The position numbers and the translations under genes are program-made. Under the pieces are notes generated by a model that did not search any database, had not been told where the DNA came from, and saw only the letters and a program-made list of their open reading frames with translations. A stretch of 62,513 nucleotides of DNA, the filler included. It is 6 parts of 6 records of this genome, joined end to end, with 100 filler letters (N's around TTAATTAATTAA, not from the genome) between each part and the next. Parts side by side here need not be neighbours in the genome. Positions count along the whole stretch, not along the records: positions 17,342 to 29,465 come from SRR31156797_3522; positions 29,566 to 45,058 come from SRR31156797_3527; 4 more parts are not named here. One strand, written 5' to 3'. Within the stretch, counting starts at the first letter, position 1; each line of letters opens with the position of its first letter. This document shows, in pieces, positions 28,209-37,096 of the stretch.

Positions 28209-28823
28209 TTAACTTAATATCTCATCTAAAGTAATGAAATCGCCAACTTTACCTGTCATTTCTTCTACTTTTTCTTGAACTGGTAAGGTCTTTTTCCCAG
28301 GTCTCCAACCAGCAGGACAAACTTCACCAGTTTTGCTAGCATGTTGCCATGCTTGAATTTGTCTTAAGAATTCATTTACATTTCTACCAACTGAATCTGC
28401 TTGTACCTCTTGTGCAACACATACACCATCCGGGTTGAAAAGGAATCGTCCACGAAGAGCCACACCTTCTTCTTCTATTAGTACGCCGAAAGCACGTGCA
28501 ACCTCTTTTGTTGTATCAGCACCAATTGTTAATTTAAGTCCTTTAAGAATAGGTTCCGTTTCAACAAATCTTTTGTGTGAGAATTTTGAGTCCACAGATA
28601 CCGGCAAAAGCTCTACTCCAAGTTTTTCGAATTCATCGTAGTGAGCATTCATTGCAGCAATTTCTGTTGGGCAAACGAAGGTAAAGTCTGCTGGATAAAA
28701 GCAAACAACTGACCATTTATCTTTGTAATCTGCACTTGAAACTGTTTTGTAATGACCTGTTTTAGCATCGTATGCTTCCATTTCAAATTCAGGCATTTCT
28801 TGTCTTACCATTGTTGCGCTCAT
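28209..28823 (-). CDS. ahpC: 2-Cys peroxiredoxin (AhpC/Prx1 family)
   Basis: FYPADFTFVCPTE, GRNVNE and EVCPAGW; start at MSATMV (28823). Confidence 0.9.
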   Translation of the reverse strand: MSATMVRQEMPEFEMEAYDAKTGHYKTVSSADYKDKWSVVCFYPADFTFVCPTEIAAMNAHYDEFEKLGVELLPVSVDSKFSHKRFVETEPILKGLKLTIGADTTKEVARAFGVLIEEEGVALRGRFLFNPDGVCVAQEVQADSVGRNVNEFLRQIQAWQHASKTGEVCPAGWRPGKKTLPVQEKVEEMTGKVGDFITLDEILS

Positions 28824-28921
28824 ATTTTTTTTCTCCTTTTTATTTTCTGTATTAATATCTTTATTTTCTGTTTTTACTTTCTTTTTAAGTGGTTTAATAC
28901 CATTTACACATGCCATAATAA

Positions 28922-29386
28922 TTATTTTAATTGTGCATTTAACATCCAAATCATTTTTTCCTGTTCTCCTATATACTCCGACAACATACCTACTGTCCCC
29001 TCGTCTCCATTTTCTGAAGCGAACGAAAGTATTTCACGCTCTATTGCCAATAATTTTTGAGTTTCTTCCAAAAGATTCTTTACTGTATCTTCGGCTGAAC
29101 TTACATTTGTTTGCTCGTTAATTTCTGAAATTTTAAGGTATTCAGAAAATGAATGTAGTGGCTTTCCTCCAAGAATAAGGATGCGCTCTGCTACTTCATC
29201 TGCCATCTCATTAAGATTGTTGTAAACCTCTTCAAATTTTGAATGAAGCACAAAAAATTGTTTACCTTCAATATTCCAGTGGTATCCACGAACATTCATA
29301 TATGCTATTTGCAAACTGCTTAAATAAGCATTTAATTTTCCGACGACTTCATCGGAATAATCTTTTTGTAATCCAATATTATTCAT
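28922..29386 (-). CDS. dps: Dps family DNA-protecting ferritin-like protein
   Basis: YHWNIEGKQFFVLHSKFEE, DEVAERI and EKMIWML motifs. Confidence 0.95.
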   Translation of the reverse strand: MNNIGLQKDYSDEVVGKLNAYLSSLQIAYMNVRGYHWNIEGKQFFVLHSKFEEVYNNLNEMADEVAERILILGGKPLHSFSEYLKISEINEQTNVSSAEDTVKNLLEETQKLLAIEREILSFASENGDEGTVGMLSEYIGEQEKMIWMLNAQLK

Positions 29387-29396
29387 ATCTCTGTTC

Positions 29397-29421
29397 TATA
29401 AAATTTTATAAGACAAAAATA
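29397..29421 (-). promoter_or_regulatory. dps promoter -7 element with adjacent AT palindrome
   Basis: Minus-strand TATTTTTG (29414-29421); TATAAAATTTTATA palindrome (29397-29410). Confidence 0.45.
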
Positions 29422-29465
29422 AATCTTAGAGACCTGATATTTTTTTACAAATGTTAAAAAGCTAC

Positions 29466-29565
29466 NNNNNNNNNNNNNNNNNNNNNNNNNNNNNNNNNNN
29501 NNNNNNNNNTTAATTAATTAANNNNNNNNNNNNNNNNNNNNNNNNNNNNNNNNNNNNNNNNNNNN
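29466..29565. other. Artificial contig linker
   Basis: N-run + TTAATTAATTAA + N-run. Confidence 0.98.
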
Positions 29566-29569
29566 CAGT

Positions 29570-29632
29570 GAACTCTTGTAAATATTTACTCTGTATTTGC
29601 AGAGCAGGAGCGAAAGGCTTGCGCTAGCTTTG
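29570..29632. repeat. 63-bp dispersed repeat, copy 1
   Basis: 53/63 identical to 35043-35105. Confidence 0.8.
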
Positions 29633-29691
29633 GCAAACCTTCCGATTACTCCTTTGTCTGGTCGTTTTGAAAAAGAAAGAGGATCACTTCA

Positions 29692-30372
29692 TTAAAACAT
29701 CTGTTGCAGCCAATTGGAAATTCCAAAATCCGTATCTAAAAATAGAAGCGTGATTCCTATGGAATCATAAAAGCCATGAATTAGAACCAATAGCAGTAAA
29801 TTATTTTTGTTTTTAGCAAAGAGGAAGGAAATTAGTAAAGACCATATAAATACTGCCACTGCTCCTGAAACACCCTGATAGATGTGAGATACCCCAAAGT
29901 AGAGAGAGGTAATTAGTGCTGATAGTATCCAGGCCTTATTGCCATTTCCTAATAAGTTGGCCAGTGCTTTCATATAATAGCCACGAAACAGGAATTCTTC
30001 TCCAAAGGCAGCAAATATCCACATGATGAGCATTAAAATAAGATAGCCCACTACATTCCCTTTGACATCTTCCACAGATGACAAATCATATTCACCCAGC
30101 CAGCTTTGAAGAAAAGGATCTACAAGAGTGCTAAATAGAAGAAAAAGGGGTAGGGTTATGAGTAAACTCATTAAGACGGTTTTCCCGGTAATTTTCTGTC
30201 CAATTCCGAACCTTTTCCAATCAAAATTACTTCCTTTTAGAATGAGGAAAGCGACCCCAAGACCAAAGAAAAAGACGAAGTTTCTATCGATAAAGCCAAA
30301 TAGTGGCGCAAGTAGCATGACTAAAACGACTGCATAGGCTTTGTTCAAACAATTGTATATTTTACTTTTCAT
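29692..30372 (-). CDS. CPBP (CAAX/Abi) family intramembrane metalloprotease
   Basis: EEFLFRGY, FGVSH and HGFYD motifs; multiple TM segments. Confidence 0.92.
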   Translation of the reverse strand: MKSKIYNCLNKAYAVVLVMLLAPLFGFIDRNFVFFFGLGVAFLILKGSNFDWKRFGIGQKITGKTVLMSLLITLPLFLLFSTLVDPFLQSWLGEYDLSSVEDVKGNVVGYLILMLIMWIFAAFGEEFLFRGYYMKALANLLGNGNKAWILSALITSLYFGVSHIYQGVSGAVAVFIWSLLISFLFAKNKNNLLLLVLIHGFYDSIGITLLFLDTDFGISNWLQQMF

Positions 30373-30376
30373 ATTT

Positions 30377-31549
30377 TTAGATTTCTTCTTTGTCTCCATT
30401 CGCAAACACGCGGTAATATTGATTGTTTTCAATTAACAAGCCTTCAGATTTTCCCTTCGGCCAATTTTTGTGATAATCTTTGGGGTGTTTAACATCAATT
30501 GCTATTACTTTTCCCTTGTATTGTCGGTTCACATTGGCTTGTAAGGTATGGCCAACAACTATGGTTTTCGCATTGAATTTTTCCAATCCGAGCTCTACTT
30601 CCTCTTGCGATAGATCCTCTTTAAAATATCCTCTGTACCAGCAAATTCCAGTTTTGGTAGAAGTCAGTAAATTATCAACAGTCTTTTCTCCTTTAGGATA
30701 GTAGGGGGTGTAGTAATTCCTTCTTATGATTTCATTAATTTCATCGAGATTTAATCTTGTATTTGCTATTTCGGGATGCAGTCCTCCGTGAGCAAAAAGG
30801 TTGCCATTAATTTTTTCTAGCGAGTTCTTAGTCGATAACCATCTGCCTAAAAAGGAATGTGAATTGTACAAGTCCACCTGCGATTTTCCCAGGATATTGG
30901 CTACTGCAAGATACTTGTCGGCTGCTGCTTTGTAATTTCCCTGTAAGTTTTTCAGTTCGTGATTTCCAATAATAAAATGAACAAAGCCTCCATTTTGTAA
31001 GGCATCTTGTTCCAGTTTGTAGATAAACCATAGTACTTGGGTTACAGACCAACCCCGGTCTACAAAATCACCAACCAATACCAAATGCCCTTTTCCAAAT
31101 GTCCAGTTTAAGTCGGCATCAATTACTTTAGAATGAATAAGAAAATCACGAAATGTTTTGTAACCACCTTCAATATCCGAAATGGCTAGAATTGGCTTTC
31201 CATCATCGTATGTTGTTCTTGGAATGTTAAGTTCCGGATTAAGGGTGAACTCGAAACTTGTATTTTCCAATTGAAAATGACTGCTGGTTTTAATTTTAGA
31301 AGAGGTAGAATGTTCTGTCTTGTGGATGTAAAATCCATCGTTTTTATTTCCTCTTATCGTATTTATGCTTAAGGTACTGTCGTTTTCATAAAAAACATAA
31401 GGTCCTTCCTTGTCTATTTTATACATTAAAGGATTGTCGGCATAATGTAGGCTGGCGCCATGATACAGACCAAATAAAACTGCAATGGCAGTTAGTAGTA
31501 ATAGGGTAGATACAATATGCTTCAGGTATCTTGCAATTCGCTTTTTCAT
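30377..31549 (-). CDS. Metallophosphoesterase (Shewanella-like PPP phosphatase), N-terminal anchor
   Basis: SDIEG, GDFVDRG, GNHE, HGG, VGHT and IAIDV motifs. Confidence 0.88.
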   Translation of the reverse strand: MKKRIARYLKHIVSTLLLLTAIAVLFGLYHGASLHYADNPLMYKIDKEGPYVFYENDSTLSINTIRGNKNDGFYIHKTEHSTSSKIKTSSHFQLENTSFEFTLNPELNIPRTTYDDGKPILAISDIEGGYKTFRDFLIHSKVIDADLNWTFGKGHLVLVGDFVDRGWSVTQVLWFIYKLEQDALQNGGFVHFIIGNHELKNLQGNYKAAADKYLAVANILGKSQVDLYNSHSFLGRWLSTKNSLEKINGNLFAHGGLHPEIANTRLNLDEINEIIRRNYYTPYYPKGEKTVDNLLTSTKTGICWYRGYFKEDLSQEEVELGLEKFNAKTIVVGHTLQANVNRQYKGKVIAIDVKHPKDYHKNWPKGKSEGLLIENNQYYRVFANGDKEEI

Positions 31550-31759
31550 TTCTGTAGGTTTTTAAAGTTGATGGAAGTAAAACTAATTTCAATTTCAGGC
31601 TAATGAAAGCAATAGTGATCAACATAGGTCTGGCAGGGATACAAAAACCGGATGGATGTGCAAAGTGATTTCAACACGCTATTCGCTAACTTGATTGCGT
31701 CTGCTGGTTTGTTTGTCAACTTCTTTTGCGATGCAGTTTTATACGCTTATTTTAGTAGA

Positions 31760-32575
31760 ATGATGTTTGCTATAAAAAGAAAGAAATGGTTTGCAATTAG
31801 CAGTATTGCAATAGTAACAGCACTAATACCCATTGTAATCACCATTTTCGAATTAATCACAACCGAGAAAGAATCAGTTATTTTTTTAGAAGGCTATCCG
31901 GCCACCATTGGCATTCTGGTAATTGTGTACTATATCCTATTGCTAATATTAGGTCTTTTTTGGTTTGTAAAACAAATGGTATCCTTTTTCAGATTGAGAA
32001 ATGAAAAAGCGAAAACAGAATTGCTTCATTTAAAAAGTCAGGTAAATCCGCACTTCTTTTTTAATACACTCAATAATTTATACGGTTTGGTCGAATCGGA
32101 TAGCAAAAAAGCACAAGCGTTAATTCTAAAGTTATCGGATATCATGCGATACAGTATTTACGAAGGGGAAAAGGAAGAGGTAAGCCTTAAAGCAGAAGTT
32201 GATTATTTAAAGAATTATATCGAGCTTCATAAGATGCGTTATCACAAATCGATTGATGTTACATTTGAAACTGAAATTGAAGAGGATTACAAACTAATGC
32301 CTTTGCTTTTTATTATTCTTTTAGAAAATGCATTTAAACATGGAGTAGAGAACTTAAGTAAAGATGCCTACGTTCGTGTGAATGTAAGCTCGAAGAACAA
32401 TACTGTATTTTTCGAAATAGAGAATAATTTCGACCCTGCAATTGCAAACGAAGAGAAGGGAATTGGATTGAAAAATTTAAAACGTAGATTGGAATTGGTG
32501 TATCCCGAAAAACATTCCTTATCTTTCTCTACAAGCGAAAATGTATACAAAGCAAAATTAAGATTGCACTTATGA
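31760..32575 (+). CDS. LytS-type sensor histidine kinase
   Basis: LKSQVNPHFFFNTLN, ENAFKHG and GIGLKN motifs; two TM segments. Confidence 0.92.
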   Translation: MMFAIKRKKWFAISSIAIVTALIPIVITIFELITTEKESVIFLEGYPATIGILVIVYYILLLILGLFWFVKQMVSFFRLRNEKAKTELLHLKSQVNPHFFFNTLNNLYGLVESDSKKAQALILKLSDIMRYSIYEGEKEEVSLKAEVDYLKNYIELHKMRYHKSIDVTFETEIEEDYKLMPLLFIILLENAFKHGVENLSKDAYVRVNVSSKNNTVFFEIENNFDPAIANEEKGIGLKNLKRRLELVYPEKHSLSFSTSENVYKAKLRLHL

Positions 32576-33270
32576 TTAAATATCTAATTATTGATGACGA
32601 ATACATAGCACATGACATTATAAAAGCTTATTGCGACTTATTGCCAAACATGCAGTTAATGAAAAACTGTTACGATGCTTTAGAAGCCATCGAATATTTG
32701 AGTAATAACAGCGTTGATTTAATTTTTTTGGATTTAAATATGCCGAAACTGAAGGGTTTCGAATTTTTAAAGACACTCACTTTTCCGCCAAAAGTAATTG
32801 TAACCACTGCCTATAAAGAGTATGCACTTGAAGGCTACGAACTTAATATTTCAGATTATTTATTGAAACCATTTGGCTTTGAGCGATTCTTAAAAGCAAT
32901 CAACAAAACAGTAAGTGCAAGCAAGCAAACCACAGCATCTGTTGGAGATAAAAATGAAGCCGCTTCAAAAAGTATTTTTCTTCGAAGTAATAACAAATAC
33001 ACTCAGGTACTAATTGATTCCATTCGATATGTAGAAGCCTCTGGAAATTATACCAAGGTGATTACAACAGATGAAACCATTACGATTAGAGAGAAAATTT
33101 CGGATGTTTTAGAATTACTAAATGATACAGATTTTATCCAGGTCCACAAATCATTTGCCGTATCAAAAACACATATAAAGAGTATTGAAGGGAATCGAAT
33201 TTTTATTTCTGAAACTATTATTCCTATTGGAAAAACCTACAAAGTAAATGTAATGCAATTGCTGAAGTAG
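32572..33270 (+). CDS. LytTR family response regulator
   Basis: IIDDE, FLDLNMP, DYLLKP and FIQVHKSF; ATGA overlap with the kinase gene. Confidence 0.94.
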   Translation: MIKYLIIDDEYIAHDIIKAYCDLLPNMQLMKNCYDALEAIEYLSNNSVDLIFLDLNMPKLKGFEFLKTLTFPPKVIVTTAYKEYALEGYELNISDYLLKPFGFERFLKAINKTVSASKQTTASVGDKNEAASKSIFLRSNNKYTQVLIDSIRYVEASGNYTKVITTDETITIREKISDVLELLNDTDFIQVHKSFAVSKTHIKSIEGNRIFISETIIPIGKTYKVNVMQLLK

Positions 33271-33280
33271 TTGCCTGGGA

Positions 33281-33676
33281 TCAATTGCTTGCTAATAATC
33301 TGTGTTTATTGTAGTTTTCAATTCCCATACCTAGTCCAACTCCAATTGAGTAAGCTAGTAAATCGCTCCACAAAAAACCTTTTCCTAATACCAGTGCACC
33401 GAGAAAATGGCTTCGAATTGAATTTAGCCAATCTACCTGTATCAACTGACTAAACTCCACCAGAAAGCAAAGGCTTAAACTTAAAAAAGTCAATCTGGGT
33501 ATAGAAATCCGGGGAAAGAGGAAAGCCATCATCCAAAACATCATCAACGCCCATAAGCTATCACCTAGTCCTAAATTAACAAAATCTGGTAGGTAGTTTG
33601 AGAAGAATCGTGATGCCAAACCAATGATGATCGTAGCTACAATTAAAAGTAGATAGTGAATTCTGTTTCTTTTCAT
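33281..33676 (-). CDS. DUF2809 family membrane protein
   Basis: GLASR, LGDSLWA, VEFSQL and LVLGKGFLWSDLLAY motifs. Confidence 0.85.
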   Translation of the reverse strand: MKRNRIHYLLLIVATIIIGLASRFFSNYLPDFVNLGLGDSLWALMMFWMMAFLFPRISIPRLTFLSLSLCFLVEFSQLIQVDWLNSIRSHFLGALVLGKGFLWSDLLAYSIGVGLGMGIENYNKHRLLASN

Positions 33677-33687
33677 TTTTTGAACAA

Positions 33688-33801
33688 TTACTTTGGGTTA
33701 TTCCAGCCGCTTAAAAACTCTCCTAAAACAGCATCAAGAAAGATGACAATTACAATTATCGATACAATAATTCCAATGATTCTTACTACTTTTTTATTCA
33801 T
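33688..33801 (-). CDS. Small single-TM protein (37 aa), below the ORF-track cutoff
   Basis: MNKKVVRIIGIIVSIIVIVIFLDAVLGEFLSGWNNPK*; ends 11 bp before the DUF2809 start. Confidence 0.45.
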   Translation of the reverse strand: MNKKVVRIIGIIVSIIVIVIFLDAVLGEFLSGWNNPK

Positions 33802-33840
33802 TTTCGTGTGGTTATTAATTTGGTGTTTCTTTTATTACTG

Positions 33841-33945
33841 AACGCGAAGGCTAAATTGTATGAATAGTGACAGACTGCTGACCTACTGCATTTCAATTGC
33901 CACATTGTTTAGTGCTTAGTTTCCCATTACTTATAGCAATATGTT
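33841..33945. repeat. Degenerate attC-like imperfect hairpin
   Basis: AAC (33841)...GTT (33943) ends; TATGAATAGTG pairs imperfectly with CATTACTTATA. Confidence 0.35.
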
Positions 33946-33961
33946 TGCTTTTGTACTAGCG

Positions 33962-34852
33962 CTATTTCTTCTTGCTTAAAATTTTAAATTTATTATTTTC
34001 GAGAGTATAGAATATTCTTTTGGTTCCTCCAGTTGGATTTGCATTGGAATCATTCTCTTGATATATGGGAAACTCTCTTACCAGAAGGGCATTTTCAATA
34101 TAAAAAGTATCGTGCCCCATATATCCTTCGAATTCAGCTTTATTTCTAATATCACTTTCTGAAATTTCCGGTAGTGAGCATTGAATTATTTTAACATTGC
34201 TATCCGAAATAAAAGCATATACTTCTCCATAACTTCCAGAACCTGCACTTGTAGTTATAAGGTATAGTTCTTGGTATCCATTTTTGTCCAGATCAGCCAG
34301 AAAAACATCTGTAATTGGTTCAGTTTCCAAGTTTATCGAAACATCTTCTTTAAAATCTTTCGAAGTGATCTTTACTTTATTAATACTAGCAGATTCTGAA
34401 TTGTCCACTTCTATTTCCAGTGTTTTTCCAGATTTATATGTCACAGTATACAAAGGACCCAAACTTGTTGAAGCAATTTTTACAGGTGCTACATACGAGC
34501 AAATTTTCTCATCACCTTTATAATAAGTAAAATCTCCATGATGTGACCAAAAGACAAAGTTACCATCATTAGTTTGGTATTTTGCACCACTAGCAGAAGG
34601 TACAAGTTTCATCTGATGCTTTTCTGTTAAATTGTCTTTTGTAACTTCAATGTACAAACCATCCTTATCTATATTTGAATATCGAATGGTATAAGCATTG
34701 TCGCAGTTTAAACTAATAAGTTCTTGTTTTATTTCATTGTTGGTTTTTAACTTATTTGAGCTATTGTCATTAGCTGCTGATTTTTTTTCGCTAGTTGTAC
34801 AGCTAAATGTTACTAATAGTATTAGCAATACTGTTGTAATTCTTGCTTCCAT
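33962..34852 (-). CDS. Lipoprotein with MliC and PliI-like lysozyme-inhibitor domains
   Basis: TFSC lipobox; SASGAKY...VFWSH (MliC); ADLDKNGYQELY...SAGSGSYG...GYMGHD (PliI-like). Confidence 0.7.
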   Translation of the reverse strand: MEARITTVLLILLVTFSCTTSEKKSAANDNSSNKLKTNNEIKQELISLNCDNAYTIRYSNIDKDGLYIEVTKDNLTEKHQMKLVPSASGAKYQTNDGNFVFWSHHGDFTYYKGDEKICSYVAPVKIASTSLGPLYTVTYKSGKTLEIEVDNSESASINKVKITSKDFKEDVSINLETEPITDVFLADLDKNGYQELYLITTSAGSGSYGEVYAFISDSNVKIIQCSLPEISESDIRNKAEFEGYMGHDTFYIENALLVREFPIYQENDSNANPTGGTKRIFYTLENNKFKILSKKK

Positions 34853-34985
34853 TTATTTATCTCTTGTTAAAAATTTCATTAAATATGTTGATTTTTTGTC
34901 AATAATTTTCAATCATATGGTATGAAACTTAATGTGTATACATAACCGCCTTGCAACTGCACGAAATGCAATTCGATGAAATCAA

Positions 34986-35021
34986 TCCTCTCCTGTGCTT
35001 CTATGTAAGTAAAGGAGAGGA
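34986..35021. terminator. Hairpin, possible terminator
   Basis: ATCCTCTCCT...AGGAGAGGAT 10-bp stem downstream of the alpha/beta hydrolase. Confidence 0.45.
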
Positions 35022-35042
35022 TAGAATTGTTTACCAATAGTG

Positions 35043-35105
35043 GAACTCTTTTAAATATTTACTCCGTATTCACAGTACAGGAGCCAAAGGTCCGCGCTAG
35101 CTTTG
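35043..35105. repeat. 63-bp dispersed repeat, copy 2
   Basis: 53/63 identical to 29570-29632. Confidence 0.8.
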
Positions 35106-35142
35106 CTTGCATATGTTCAGATTATCGATGTATTTATTGCCT

Positions 35143-35886
35143 TTATATCTTCAGGAATTTCTTTAATTCATTTATATAAAATTGGGTGTTTGTCCACATT
35201 AGTGGGTGATTGCCTATTGATGTCAATACAAAATGACATTCTGGTATCTGATTGGAGAGAGTTTCGAATTCCTGTTTAATATTCTTAAGAAATTCATCAC
35301 TTTCACTTCCAAGCAGAAGGGTAGGGCATTTAATTTTATCCAGACATTTCTCCAGCCAATATCCTCCTTGTTCAACTATTCTCTCAATATTTTTGGTATC
35401 CCAATCGATTACCTCTTTCCAATCTTCACCATGGCAAAACTTCCAAAATCCTTCTTGGTCGGGGCTTATTTCTTTCCTCGTATTTATCACGTTTTTGATA
35501 AACATATCCCTGGAAAAACGAATGCTAAAACTATCCAAAATTAGCCGGTTAATTTTATCTGGGTAATTTGCTGCGGCATGTAAGGCTACAATAGCACCTC
35601 CGCTTGTTCCTGCTAAATTTGCTTTTTGATAACCTAAATGTGAAATCAACGAGTCAATCTGTTCGGATGCATATTTCCACCAATTATCTTTAATCTCTTG
35701 AGTCCTTTCTGATTTTCCAGTTCCTAAATAATCCAAAGAAACTGTATGGAAATATTCTGATAAAATGTCAATTTGAGATTGATGAGCAATCGAAGATGCA
35801 GTATTCCCGGGGAGAATAATTAGTAAGTCTCCCTTTCCTTTTTCTAAATAATTCAAAGTTTTATATTCAAAGAGGAAATTTGCCAT
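35143..35886 (-). CDS. Alpha/beta fold hydrolase
   Basis: ILPG, DYLGTGKS, GTSGG nucleophile elbow, GESD-region Asp and C-terminal GNH. Confidence 0.88.
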   Translation of the reverse strand: MANFLFEYKTLNYLEKGKGDLLIILPGNTASSIAHQSQIDILSEYFHTVSLDYLGTGKSERTQEIKDNWWKYASEQIDSLISHLGYQKANLAGTSGGAIVALHAAANYPDKINRLILDSFSIRFSRDMFIKNVINTRKEISPDQEGFWKFCHGEDWKEVIDWDTKNIERIVEQGGYWLEKCLDKIKCPTLLLGSESDEFLKNIKQEFETLSNQIPECHFVLTSIGNHPLMWTNTQFYINELKKFLKI

Positions 35887-35901
35887 TACTTATATAAGAT
35901 G

Positions 35902-36609
35902 TTAGCTGTAATTATTTATTATTTTAATTAAATCGAAAGGCTTTATAATTTCATAGTCAGGTTTATATTTCCAGGAGTTGGTGTTTGCACCACTATATTT
36001 TGCAATAATTGAAATGACTTTGGTATGCCCATTTAATTCTTTCCCAATATTTCTGGCGAATTCTACATCACTCTCATGGTCACCAATATAGAAAATGGTT
36101 TTGTCTTCGATATTATCAAATATTTGTTCCATACACCTTAGTCCACTAAACGGATTCGGTTTTTGTGCATTATCGGGAATATCATCATAACCAACTATTG
36201 CTTGAAATTTATGCACTACATCGTTTTGTTCTAAAACACGATTAATATTCTCTGACGAATTCTGAGAACAAATACCTTGAGGTAAATAAATATTCTCTAT
36301 AGTCTGTTTAATTTCAGAAAACAGTTCAACAGGAGTTGTGTTTTTAAGTTGGTATTCTGTCCACAATGTGCCAGCTTCAAGCATTTCAGATTCCGTCATT
36401 CCATAATAATTCACATATAAGTCTTGCCAATTTTTCGATTGATGGTTCGCAATATGGTATGATTTTTCACTTTTTAAACTATGAGGTAAGTTTTCTCCTG
36501 TAAGTCGCGGAGCAACTTGTGTGAGTATTTGCTTGGTAATGTTAATGTTTTTTGGAACTGAATTCACTAAAGTTCCATCATAGTCCCAAAGAATTACATC
36601 TATATTCAT
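35902..36609 (-). CDS. HAD family hydrolase
   Basis: WDYDGTLVNS, KPNP and IGDHESD motifs. Confidence 0.9.
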   Translation of the reverse strand: MNIDVILWDYDGTLVNSVPKNINITKQILTQVAPRLTGENLPHSLKSEKSYHIANHQSKNWQDLYVNYYGMTESEMLEAGTLWTEYQLKNTTPVELFSEIKQTIENIYLPQGICSQNSSENINRVLEQNDVVHKFQAIVGYDDIPDNAQKPNPFSGLRCMEQIFDNIEDKTIFYIGDHESDVEFARNIGKELNGHTKVISIIAKYSGANTNSWKYKPDYEIIKPFDLIKIINNYS

Positions 36610-37096
36610 TTAAGTTTGGTTTTAAATACAGCTAACTAAGTTGTAACAGGCTTAAAATAGTATCGAAAATAAATTTACGAATACTAACAAGACATAATCT
36701 TAAATTCAAATAAAAAAATAGGCTAAATACTAATATGGAAACTATCTGCATAATGTATTTTAAGGAACTTGTGTGGGGAGTAGTTTTAATTATTGGGCAT
36801 TTTTTAATTGGATTCGAGTGTGTTTAATGGATTACTTTCTTGTCTAGTAAATGTTTAATAAAACTGTTATAAAAAATGTATTTTTTTTACCTATTGGATA
36901 TGCCTGTTTTTACTTATGTCTATTTGTGTTGTTTAATAAATAAAATACAGTTGTTAATCAAAAGTTAATGTATTCTTAAAGTTTAATTTCCATTAGAAGT
37001 CTTTAATTCTGTACTTTAGGGCTCCTAAAAAAACCATTTTATAGATTGTATACATTTATTATTACAAACTAATCAATCACATTTATTACAAAACCT

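Noticed and set aside
28209-28949. Selenocysteine peroxiredoxin, or N-terminal extension to 28949
   Set aside because: The peroxidatic codon is TGC (Cys); the extension is low-complexity intergenic sequence overlapping the dps end
31550-31759. LytTR direct-repeat binding sites between the divergent genes
   Set aside because: TCAAC-like words are present but their spacing is not regular enough to call
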